Of a stretch of DNA of 51,342 nt, positions 13,145-22,478 are shown in pieces; positions within the stretch are counted from its first letter, which is position 1, and each line of letters opens with the position of its first letter. The translations under genes were made by a program, and so were the position numbers. The notes under the pieces are model-generated. The model saw nothing but the letters and a program-made list of their open reading frames with translations, searched no databases and had not been told where the DNA came from. The DNA comes from Solirubrobacteraceae bacterium (lineage in GTDB: Bacteria > Actinomycetota > Thermoleophilia > Solirubrobacterales > Solirubrobacteraceae): assembly GCA_035719985.1 (NCBI GenBank), contig DASTPN010000010.1, positions 1 through 51,342 of the forward strand. Reading direction: 5' to 3'.

Positions 13145-14627
13145 GCAGCGGCAACAACGCAGCAAGCTTGATCTCGGTCTCCCCCAGCTCCGTGTGCGGA
13201 ACCGAGTCGCGCACGATCCCGTTGCCGGCATAGCAACGGGCCACGTTGCCTCGCAACAGTGCGCAACGCAACGCGACGCAGAACTCGCCGTCTCCGGCGG
13301 CGTCACTCCAACCGACCGGGCCCGTGTACCAGCCGCGATCGAGTCCCTCAAGCGCCGGGATCAGCTCCAACGCGGCGTCGGCCGGCTCACCGCCGACGGC
13401 CGGGGTCGGATGCATCATCCCCGCCAGTTCGATCGCCTCGATCGGCGCCGCCAACTGGGCGCGGATCGGTGTAGCCAAGTGTTGGATGTTGGCGATCCTC
13501 ACCAGCGTGGGCTCGGGGGATGCCGCCACCCAGATCGCGTGACGGTTCAACGTGCGCTCGATTCGGCGCACGACGATTGCGTGCTCCTCGCGGTAGCTTG
13601 GGTCGCGCAGCAAACGCTCGCCCAGGTGGGCATCGACTGCGGGGTCGGCGCTGCGCCGGGTTGATCCTGCCAGCGCTATCGTGGAGATGCGCTGGCCCTC
13701 GCGCCGCACGAGCAGCTCCGGGCTGGCGGCGATCAGAGTCGAGTCTCCCCTGCCGACGCAGAAGACAAAGCAGGAAGAGAAGGCATCGCGTAGCACGCCG
13801 AATAGGGCGCCGGGGTCATAGTCGCTGGGGGCGTGGACCTCGACGTCGCGGGCGATGACGATCTTCTGGATCTGTCCCTTGCGGATCCTCTCAGCGGCGC
13901 GGGCCACCGCGGCTTCATAGTGCTCGGGCGGCATTCCGCTTGAGACCTGATAGCGACCGGTCGGCGCCGGGTCAAGCAAGGGAAGTGGAGCGTTGGAGAG
14001 CTCATTGACGCGAGTGCACAGACGTCTGAGCAGGTCCTCTTCGGTGTCGTCAGGGGCGGCGAGCGTTGCAAGCGTCATACGGACCTGAGCATGTTCGCTG
14101 CCGCCTTCTCCGTTACCGCCGCCGCCTCTATTGCTGGTCCCGCTCCCATCGCGGGTAAGCGCGAGCTCGGGCACGAGCATCGATGCGGGTGCAAAACCAC
14201 GCCACAACGGCGAGGAGCCACCGTCTGGGGCAAACGCGAAACCACCGAGCAGAAGCGGGCCACCACCGTCGGGATCGCCGGGCGAATCCGCGACAGCGGC
14301 GGCGCTGAGCGTGCGCCAACGGTCTGCCACCCGCGCAAAGCGCGCCGGTCCGTGCTCCTCCAGGCGCAGCACCTCCCCAAGTGCTGCCAGGGCCGAACCG
14401 GCGCGATCGGGCTGCTCGAAAGCAAACCACGGCTCACCCGCCCGGCGCGAGGCACACACGACCGCCACCGGATCCACGGTGACCGGCAACGGGCACGCCA
14501 TCGTCGCGAGCGTTGCTCGCCCTGAGCGCCGCGCGCGCCGCAAAGCCAGCTCGATCCGCGCGCTCAAGCGCTCGCGATCTGACTCACTGAGAGCGAAGGG
14601 CGAGCGCTCGCCGGTCCGGACGGCCAC
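13134..14627 (-). CDS. menF: isochorismate synthase
   Basis: KIVIAR, ASPELLV, ALAGS, EH..VV, IQHLAT, HPTPAVGG, RGWYTGPVGW, ALRCA, YAG.GIV, ETEIK. Confidence 0.9.
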   Translation of the reverse strand: MAVRTGERSPFALSESDRERLSARIELALRRARRSGRATLATMACPLPVTVDPVAVVCASRRAGEPWFAFEQPDRAGSALAALGEVLRLEEHGPARFARVADRWRTLSAAAVADSPGDPDGGGPLLLGGFAFAPDGGSSPLWRGFAPASMLVPELALTRDGSGTSNRGGGGNGEGGSEHAQVRMTLATLAAPDDTEEDLLRRLCTRVNELSNAPLPLLDPAPTGRYQVSSGMPPEHYEAAVARAAERIRKGQIQKIVIARDVEVHAPSDYDPGALFGVLRDAFSSCFVFCVGRGDSTLIAASPELLVRREGQRISTIALAGSTRRSADPAVDAHLGERLLRDPSYREEHAIVVRRIERTLNRHAIWVAASPEPTLVRIANIQHLATPIRAQLAAPIEAIELAGMMHPTPAVGGEPADAALELIPALEGLDRGWYTGPVGWSDAAGDGEFCVALRCALLRGNVARCYAGNGIVRDSVPHTELGETEIKLAALLPLLSS

Positions 14628-14678
14628 GTCTCAAGCCTACTTCACCGTACGCTGTCCACCCGGCCTGCGTACGGCCGT

Positions 14679-15245
14679 CTAAGTCTCGCCTCGCCCCCTG
14701 GCGATCGCTATCTCCCCCGTGCGCATCATCTCGATCAGGCCGAACGGACGCACCATGCTCTCAAACGCCTCGACCTTGTCGGTCGTACCGGTCACCTCGA
14801 TCACCAAGGAGCGCTTAGTGACGTCCACGACCTTGCCTCGGAATATCTCGATGATCTGCATCAGCTCGCCACGCTGAGCGCCGTCGGCTGAAACCTTGAA
14901 CAGGGCCAGCTCGCGAGCGACCGTGTCGGTCGGCTCCAAGTCGCGGATCTTCAGCACGTTGACGAGCTTGTGCAGCTGCTTTGTCACCTGATCGATCGGG
15001 TGGATCGCGCCATCGACGGTGAGCGTCACACGCGAGATGTGATCGTCGTCGGTGGGGCCAACCGTGAGCGTGTCGATGTTAAAGCCGCGGCGCGCGAACA
15101 GGCCCGCGATCCTGGTGAGGACACCGGACTTGTTCTCGACGAGGATCGAGAGCACATGCTTGCGCCCCGAGCGCAGGTTGCCGGAGGCCTGCAGCGCCTC
15201 CAGGCTCAGCGGCTCCTTCGTTGCAGGCTCACCCACTGCGATCAC
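14679..15245 (-). CDS. ilvN: acetolactate synthase small subunit
   Basis: LSILVENKSGVLTRIAGLFARRGFNIDTL ACT domain; RELAL.KV; RTG. Confidence 0.96.
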   Translation of the reverse strand: MIAVGEPATKEPLSLEALQASGNLRSGRKHVLSILVENKSGVLTRIAGLFARRGFNIDTLTVGPTDDDHISRVTLTVDGAIHPIDQVTKQLHKLVNVLKIRDLEPTDTVARELALFKVSADGAQRGELMQIIEIFRGKVVDVTKRSLVIEVTGTTDKVEAFESMVRPFGLIEMMRTGEIAIARGRGET

Positions 15246-16936
15246 CCCACCATCTCGCGGGCTGCTTGCCCGGCAGGGATCATCGGATAGGTGTTCTCCT
15301 CGCGGGTCACCTTCACGTCGACCACAACCGGGCCGTCGGTAGCGATCGCGCGCTTCATGTCATCCACCAAGGTGGCCTTGTCTTCGAAGCGCATACCGGT
15401 GGCGCCATAGGCCTCGGCCAACTTGACGAAGTCCGGGTAGGGGCCCATGTCTACATGGCTGTAGCGCTTATCCCAGAACAGCTCCTGCCACTGGCGCACC
15501 ATGCCCAGATAGCCGTTATTCATGATGAACACCTTGATCGGGATGTTCTCCTGGGCGCAGGTGGCGAGCTCCTGTGCGTTCATCTGCACTGAGCCGTCGC
15601 CGGCTATGCAGCAGACGGTGCGATTGGTGCAACCGACGGCGGCGCCCATCGCTGAGGGCAAGCCGAAGCCCATCGTGCCGAGGCCGCCGGAGTTGATCCA
15701 GCGGCGCGGCTTGGGAAAGCCGTAGTACTGAGCGGTCCACATCTGGTGCTGGCCGACGTCGCTGGTGATGATCGCCTCGCCGCCGGTGGCCTCGTGCAGC
15801 GCCTGGATCATGTACTGCGGCTTGATCTCCGAGTCGGTCGAGTCCTCGTAGGCAAGCGGATACTGCTTGCGCCAACCTTCGATCTTCTCGCACCAGTCGC
15901 CGAGCCGGGCCGGATCGGCGCTGAGCGCGCGGTACTCGACCACGAGCTTTGCCAGCACGTGCTTGGCATCGCCCACGATAGGGATGTGCGCCGGCACGTT
16001 CTTGGATATCTCCGCCGGGTCGACGTCGATGTGGATGAACTTCGCTCGCGGCGCGAACTCCGAGAGCTTACCCGTGATGCGATCGTCAAAGCGCGCGCCG
16101 ATCGCGCAGATCAGGTCCGCCTCGTCCATCGCGTAGTTGGCGGCGCGCGTGCCGTGCATGCCGAGCATCCCAAGCCACTGCGGATGCGCTGCGCCATCGG
16201 CGCCGACGGCCGGGAACGCGCCTAGGCCCATCAGCGTGCAGGTGACCGGGAAGCGATCGCTGGTGGCGAACTCCACCAGCTCCTCGGCGGCGTCGGCCGC
16301 GACCACGCCGCCGCCGGCGTAGATAACCGGACGGCGTGCGGCGGCCAACGCCTTGGCGGCCTGGCGGATCTGCTTCTGGTTACCCTCGAGCGTCGGCTGG
16401 TAGCCGGGCAAGCGCACGTCGGCCACCGGCTCGTAGGGGATGTCCGCTCGCGAAAGATCCTGTGGGATGTCGACCAGTACTGGGCCGGGGCGCCCCGAGC
16501 GCGCGACGTAGAAAGCCTCGTGGATCGCGCGCGGGATTTCCAGCGGGTCCTGGATCATGAACGAGTGCTTGACGATCGGCATCGTGATGCCGATCGTGTC
16601 GGCCTCCTGGAAGCCGTCGGTGCCGAGCAGCTCGGTGCGCACCTGGCCGGTGATGAACACGACCGGGACGGAATCCATCATCGCGTCGCAGATAGGCGTG
16701 ATCAGGTTGGTGGCGCCGGGGCCGCTGGTGGCAAAGGCGACGCCGACGCGGCCGGTCGCCTTGGCGTAACCCTCGGCGGCGTGGCCGCCGCCGGCCTCGT
16801 GGCGAACGAGGATGTGGCGGATGCCGGCGTCGACGAAGGCATCGTAGGTGGGCAGGTTGGCGCCGCCGGGGAGGCCGAAGACGACATCGACACCCTCCGC
16901 CTTCAGGCATTCCATCAACGCATCCACAGCGCGCAT
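15242..16936 (-). CDS. ilvB: acetolactate synthase large subunit
   Basis: FGLPGGA, RHE, TSGPGATN, GMLGMHG, DVGQHQMW, GLGTMGFG, GDGS, NNGYLGMVRQWQ; AGGAGG RBS. Confidence 0.97.
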   Translation of the reverse strand: MRAVDALMECLKAEGVDVVFGLPGGANLPTYDAFVDAGIRHILVRHEAGGGHAAEGYAKATGRVGVAFATSGPGATNLITPICDAMMDSVPVVFITGQVRTELLGTDGFQEADTIGITMPIVKHSFMIQDPLEIPRAIHEAFYVARSGRPGPVLVDIPQDLSRADIPYEPVADVRLPGYQPTLEGNQKQIRQAAKALAAARRPVIYAGGGVVAADAAEELVEFATSDRFPVTCTLMGLGAFPAVGADGAAHPQWLGMLGMHGTRAANYAMDEADLICAIGARFDDRITGKLSEFAPRAKFIHIDVDPAEISKNVPAHIPIVGDAKHVLAKLVVEYRALSADPARLGDWCEKIEGWRKQYPLAYEDSTDSEIKPQYMIQALHEATGGEAIITSDVGQHQMWTAQYYGFPKPRRWINSGGLGTMGFGLPSAMGAAVGCTNRTVCCIAGDGSVQMNAQELATCAQENIPIKVFIMNNGYLGMVRQWQELFWDKRYSHVDMGPYPDFVKLAEAYGATGMRFEDKATLVDDMKRAIATDGPVVVDVKVTREENTYPMIPAGQAAREMVG

Positions 16937-16970
16937 CGCACCGACCTCCTTTCATTGATCGCAGGGTCGC

Positions 16971-17004
16971 AAAAGCCCGGGAGCGTCGGTCGGCTCCCGG
17001 TTTT
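16971..17004 (-). terminator. terminator-like hairpin in the ilvB 5' region
   Basis: 8-bp perfect stem CCGGGAGC/GCTCCCGG (16977-16984/16993-17000), 8-nt loop, flanked by A4 and T4 tracts. Confidence 0.6.
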
Positions 17005-17069
17005 CGAGTAAGGCGAGTGTACCAGCGGGTTTTCGCGCCCAGAGGCGCGTCACCTGCTCCGAGCGCGGC

Positions 17070-17612
17070 TCAGGAGCTGCCGATGAGGACGCCGACGGCT
17101 AGCACCAGCGCGCCCGCGAGCGTCACGACGACGAGCGAGGAGCGCAGCGAGACCTGCAGGAAGCGCTCGCGCACCCAGGCGATTGCGAACAGCTCAACAG
17201 CCACGACGATGCCGGCGACGATCAGCGCGTTGTGAGTGTCCTTGATTAGGAAGGGCAACGTGTGAAAAAGGCCACCAAGCGCGGTCATGGCGCCGGTGAT
17301 CGTGCCGCGCACGACGGGCGTGCCGCGGCCGGTCTGTTCGCCAGTGTCAGAGAGGCCCTCGGATATGCCCATGCTGATGCCGGCGCCCACCGCTGTCGAG
17401 AGCCCGACGACAAACGCCGTATGCGAGTTGGAGGAGACTGCGGCGGCGAAGATCGGCGCGATCGAGGAGACCGTGCCGTCGATCATTCCCACCAGCGCGG
17501 GTTGCACGACGCGTAGGACGAAATCGCGCTCGTTCTCGAAGCCGGCGCGCTTGATCAAACGCGCGATCACGGAATGGGAGGAGCTGGGCGCTGTCTTGAC
17601 CTCAGATGCCAT
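17070..17612 (-). CDS. VIT1/CCC1-family membrane protein (MbfA C-terminal-domain-like; putative Fe/Mn transporter)
   Basis: VQPALVGMIDGTVS..APIFAAA, GAGISMG.SE.LSD, GGLFHTLPFL; about 5 TM segments. Confidence 0.8.
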   Translation of the reverse strand: MASEVKTAPSSSHSVIARLIKRAGFENERDFVLRVVQPALVGMIDGTVSSIAPIFAAAVSSNSHTAFVVGLSTAVGAGISMGISEGLSDTGEQTGRGTPVVRGTITGAMTALGGLFHTLPFLIKDTHNALIVAGIVVAVELFAIAWVRERFLQVSLRSSLVVVTLAGALVLAVGVLIGSS

Positions 17613-17692
17613 AGCTGAGGACAGCCTATGTAAAGATCGAGCTTAGGACGGCCTAATAATCGCCGTCGTCGTTGGCAAGGCAGCCTCCCCGC

Positions 17693-19300
17693 TCAGGCGT
17701 AGTAGCGAGCTATGACCTGGAGCTGGCTGAAGACGTCGTGCGAGAGGAACAGGATCACAATCGCCGCCGCAGTCGCCGGCGCCCATCGCCGGCCGGCGCC
17801 ACGGACTGCGAGCGTCAGTATGGCTCCGAGCAACGGCAGCATCGGCAACAAGTAGCGAGGATCGCCATAGGCTTCCACATGGGAGATCACGTCAGAGTCA
17901 TACGAGGCGACCCCAACCATTGCAAACACTCCAACGGTCATGATGATGTACGTGAGAAGCTCCGGCAGACGATCACGCAAGGCGGAGCGCCGACCGAACA
18001 TCTCCCGAAGCGCAAGCAGCAAGATCAGAACCGTCGGCACCAGCGCAACGCGAACAACCCAACCGGGAAATTGCGTGTCTATCCAACCGTAGAGACCCAC
18101 GGATCGAGTGAACCACACGTCCCAGAAAGTGGACATACCCTGGAAGTAGTGCGTCATTCCCGGCAGGTACGGAAGATACAACTGCCATATGTAGCTGAAC
18201 TTGTTAAAGACAGAGCCCTCTACCGTGCCTGCTGCGCTTTCCGAGGCAATCCCGAGAACGGGTTGACTCGACGAGAGATGCAGGAGCACATCGAGCGCCG
18301 CCGGGAGAATCCCGATTCCTGCGGCGATGCCAAATGACGACCACGCGGCCGTACGTTTGAGTCGAACATCTCGTACGCACACAAAGATCAACCCGATAAA
18401 CACACCGGGCGCCAGGCCGGCGAAATTTAGCTTTGTGAGAAAGCCAACCACGATGAGAAGGCCCGTCACGACGGCAAGAGGACGACTGAGGCCACGGCGG
18501 AACGCGCGGGCCAGACAAAGAAACAGACCCGCAGAGACCGCGTAGAGCATGGTGTCGGGATTGAGAGTGCCCGACATGAAACCGAACAGTGGCTGAAGCG
18601 CAACGCACATTGCGCCCGCCGTCGCGGCCCACGGAACACCCGGCAAGAGCTCGCGTAGGAAGAAGAAGATCAGCAGCACCGTCAGGCCCGCCGTCAAGGC
18701 GGCTAGCAGCCTCATCAGCTGCAGCTGCCACAGCACGTTGCCTGAGCCGAGCGCATAGGGAATCGTCTGTATCGCATAGAACAGCGGTGGTTGAGACGCC
18801 GCAACTCCCGCGGCCCCCGACCCGACAGACGAAGCGTTGGCGTCAACGGCGCGCGTGAGCCCTTCTTGCTGAGCGGCAGACGATATTGCCGGCACTTGCG
18901 GTTTCAACCGTATGGCAGCCTGATTTAGTTCGCTCAATACAAGCGACTCCGCGGGAGACTCGGGTTCGGAGCCCGGTCGAGGCAGTTTGCCCGTTTCGGC
19001 GAGTAGCTGGACGTAAGCAAAATGGTCAGGCTCGTCGCGACCCTGAAACGGCGGCGTGATGATTGACCACGCAACCCCGTTGAGAATCGCGATCGATACG
19101 CATGTCCATGCGATTGCCGGGATCCTTGCGAAGATGCTGCGCAGATCGATCGAAGGCCATCGCCAGGCTCGCGCGACCCGGCCGCTAATCGACCGTCCTG
19201 GCATCGAGCGCCTCCCGCCTGCATCCAGGCTCCTGTTGAAGGAGCGTGACCCGACGGCGGCCTTGCCCGACTTAGCGCCCGGGCGACGTGTCTTGGTCAC
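17693..19300 (-). CDS. DUF2142 / GT-C-like polytopic membrane glycosyltransferase, copy 1
   Basis: WSIITPPFQGRDEPDHFAY acidic first loop, PPLFY, LNPDT, TKL, PRYLLP; more than 10 hydrophobic segments; GTG start overlaps the upstream TGA (GTGA). Confidence 0.75.
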   Translation of the reverse strand: MTKTRRPGAKSGKAAVGSRSFNRSLDAGGRRSMPGRSISGRVARAWRWPSIDLRSIFARIPAIAWTCVSIAILNGVAWSIITPPFQGRDEPDHFAYVQLLAETGKLPRPGSEPESPAESLVLSELNQAAIRLKPQVPAISSAAQQEGLTRAVDANASSVGSGAAGVAASQPPLFYAIQTIPYALGSGNVLWQLQLMRLLAALTAGLTVLLIFFFLRELLPGVPWAATAGAMCVALQPLFGFMSGTLNPDTMLYAVSAGLFLCLARAFRRGLSRPLAVVTGLLIVVGFLTKLNFAGLAPGVFIGLIFVCVRDVRLKRTAAWSSFGIAAGIGILPAALDVLLHLSSSQPVLGIASESAAGTVEGSVFNKFSYIWQLYLPYLPGMTHYFQGMSTFWDVWFTRSVGLYGWIDTQFPGWVVRVALVPTVLILLLALREMFGRRSALRDRLPELLTYIIMTVGVFAMVGVASYDSDVISHVEAYGDPRYLLPMLPLLGAILTLAVRGAGRRWAPATAAAIVILFLSHDVFSQLQVIARYYA

Positions 19301-19968
19301 TCGAATCCCCTCCAAACAGCTCGAAGCGACAAACCGCCCACGATGGCCATAAGTCCAAGGACGAGTAGCGAAACCCAAGTTCCGGCCAGCACGTGGCCGA
19401 CCCCGAGGTGACGAGCAACAGAAAGCCCTCGCGACCACCAGGAGCCGTCGCCGTTGGCCAGATATTCGACTGTCAGCCTGCCGCCCAATGCTTGGCCAGA
19501 GCGCGATACCGCCGCTTCACGCGTCGGGGTGTCAAAGCCTATGAGCGCTATCGACTCGCTGTTGGAAGTAACGTCAAAGCAGAGCTTTGCGGGGTACACC
19601 GTCCGATCGACCGGTCTTACTGGGATTGTCACCATGCCCCCGGTCCAATCCGGGGCTCGGCTGCCTTCGGTGATCAGGCGCGAGCGCGAATAGACCTTCA
19701 CATGCACTCGGAACCCAAACGTCGCGTCCAAACCGAGCCGGATCGCCGACGTTCCCGCGGGAAGTGCTTCATTGGCTTGGCATGCTGCGGCACCCTTGGT
19801 CGCCGTGGCGAGTTCCGCCGACTCGGGGGCATTGGCGCGGAGAACCCGAGGGGGCGCACGGCTGAGCGTCCAAGCGCCGACGGCCACCGCGAGTGCGACA
19901 CACGCGATCGTCGCTACCTTCAAACCCTTGACGCCTTCCATCTTTCCCCGAATCACATAAGATTCCAC
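19297..19968 (-). CDS. hypothetical membrane-anchored protein (N- and C-terminal TM, Cys pair), copy 1
   Basis: 223-aa ORF clearly paralogous to 31193..31873 (CQ..E.LPA..SAIR, W....VTIPV.P, KLC, VEYLA....SWWSR..SVARH.G.GH..AGTWV); start uncertain. Confidence 0.8.
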   Translation of the reverse strand: MESYVIRGKMEGVKGLKVATIACVALAVAVGAWTLSRAPPRVLRANAPESAELATATKGAAACQANEALPAGTSAIRLGLDATFGFRVHVKVYSRSRLITEGSRAPDWTGGMVTIPVRPVDRTVYPAKLCFDVTSNSESIALIGFDTPTREAAVSRSGQALGGRLTVEYLANGDGSWWSRGLSVARHLGVGHVLAGTWVSLLVLGLMAIVGGLSLRAVWRGFE

Positions 19969-20146
19969 AACACTGATTAGTTGGGGCAGTCTAGTCTTGC
20001 TATGCGCAAGTGACTCGGTAAAGAGCGTCTAGGCAGATACGCTTAGCCGGCACATCACGCCGCACACTCTTACAGCGCGCTATCCCGAACGGAAAACAAG
20101 TGGGAAACAGACGCCCACAAACGTCACCGGCTCAGTGCGGACGAGG

Positions 20147-20428
20147 CTATGTCCGTTGGGACGATTCCGGCACGAGCGTCCGATCGGGATACTCAAGCTC
20201 CTCACCGCAGCGCGTGCACAGCGCGTCGTAGGCCGTGGTGAGGCGCCCGCATTTCGGGCAACGTCGATGCGGCTCGTCTCGGTCGAAGCGGTAGGCGATC
20301 GCGGCCAGCAGGCCGAAGATCGGCACCGCTCCGGAGATCAGGAACCACAGCCAGAAGGAGCTCCCCTTGATGCGCCCGACAATGCCGCCGGCGAGAGCGA
20401 AGCAGAAGGCTATGACGACGTAGGCCAC
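20147..20428 (-). CDS. small membrane protein with C-terminal zinc ribbon
   Basis: two hydrophobic helices followed by CPKC-x10-CTRC. Confidence 0.75.
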   Translation of the reverse strand: MAYVVIAFCFALAGGIVGRIKGSSFWLWFLISGAVPIFGLLAAIAYRFDRDEPHRRCPKCGRLTTAYDALCTRCGEELEYPDRTLVPESSQRT

Positions 20429-20447
20429 CCGCGGCCCTGGGAATCGC

Positions 20448-20636
20448 CTAGAACAGCGTGCGCCACGCCCAGATCAGCGCGAGCACTCCGAGGATCAAGA
20501 CGAGCGGGCCTGCGATCGCAAGCGCTATGCCGATGATCACCTTCAGCAGGATGTAGCCGACGACCACCAACACCAGCACCGCCACGACGGTCTTGCCCAG
20601 CGAGCGTGAGGTTTCCCCCTGTGAGGTCTGGTTCAC
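20448..20636 (-). CDS. small hypothetical two-TM membrane protein
   Basis: 62 aa, strongly hydrophobic; TACGCT -10 hexamer 7 nt before GTG. Confidence 0.7.
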   Translation of the reverse strand: MNQTSQGETSRSLGKTVVAVLVLVVVGYILLKVIIGIALAIAGPLVLILGVLALIWAWRTLF

Positions 20637-20683
20637 GACTCAGAGCGTACCGCACCCGCCGGGCGTGACGAGCCGCATTAGCG

Positions 20684-20720
20684 CGCGGCCGGGCAGGCTG
20701 AGAAACCCTGCCCGGCCGCG
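20684..20720. terminator. strong GC hairpin (terminator or 3' stabilising stem)
   Basis: 14-bp perfect inverted repeat CGCGGCCGGGCAGG/CCTGCCCGGCCGCG with a 9-nt loop; no U tract. Confidence 0.6.
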
Positions 20721-20902
20721 TACAGTCACCTCGAGGAGGGGACTCGGGGTGAGGTCTTCCGGTCCAGGCCCTGGGAACGCCCGACGCTGGTGAGGCGATA
20801 GCGACGGATGCGAACACCCTGGCCTGAAACGACCGCCTCTTCCTCGGGCAGGAGGAGAAACCGCCGAGGAGGAGTTATTGAGTTGGAGATCGGCCTGTTC
20901 AT
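20684..20902 (-). ncRNA. candidate structured small RNA with CU-rich loops (overlaps a 58-aa ORF, 20726..20902)
   Basis: three hand-folded hairpins with loops UUUCUCCUC, AUCGCCUCACC and UCCCCUC, then the 14-bp stem; not matched to any known family. Confidence 0.4.
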
Positions 20903-20974
20903 GAGGAGCATGATGCCCACCAAGGTCGTTCTTGCCATTGGACTCTCGTCCAAAATGTGGCGGGGGCGTCTGGA

Positions 20975-22423
<1,449 letters not shown>

Positions 22424-22478
22424 GCCGCGCTCCAGCCGCATCGACCGGGCCGCGAGCGGCGAGCGCTGCGCATCGAGC

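Noticed and set aside
19969-20146. Intergenic region with small dyads (CTTGC/GCAAG, AGCGT/ACGCT, GTGGG/CCCAC), considered as a riboswitch or tRNA remnant
   Set aside because: Only 5-bp stems, with no recognisable riboswitch core or cloverleaf; probably the cassette 1 promoter region
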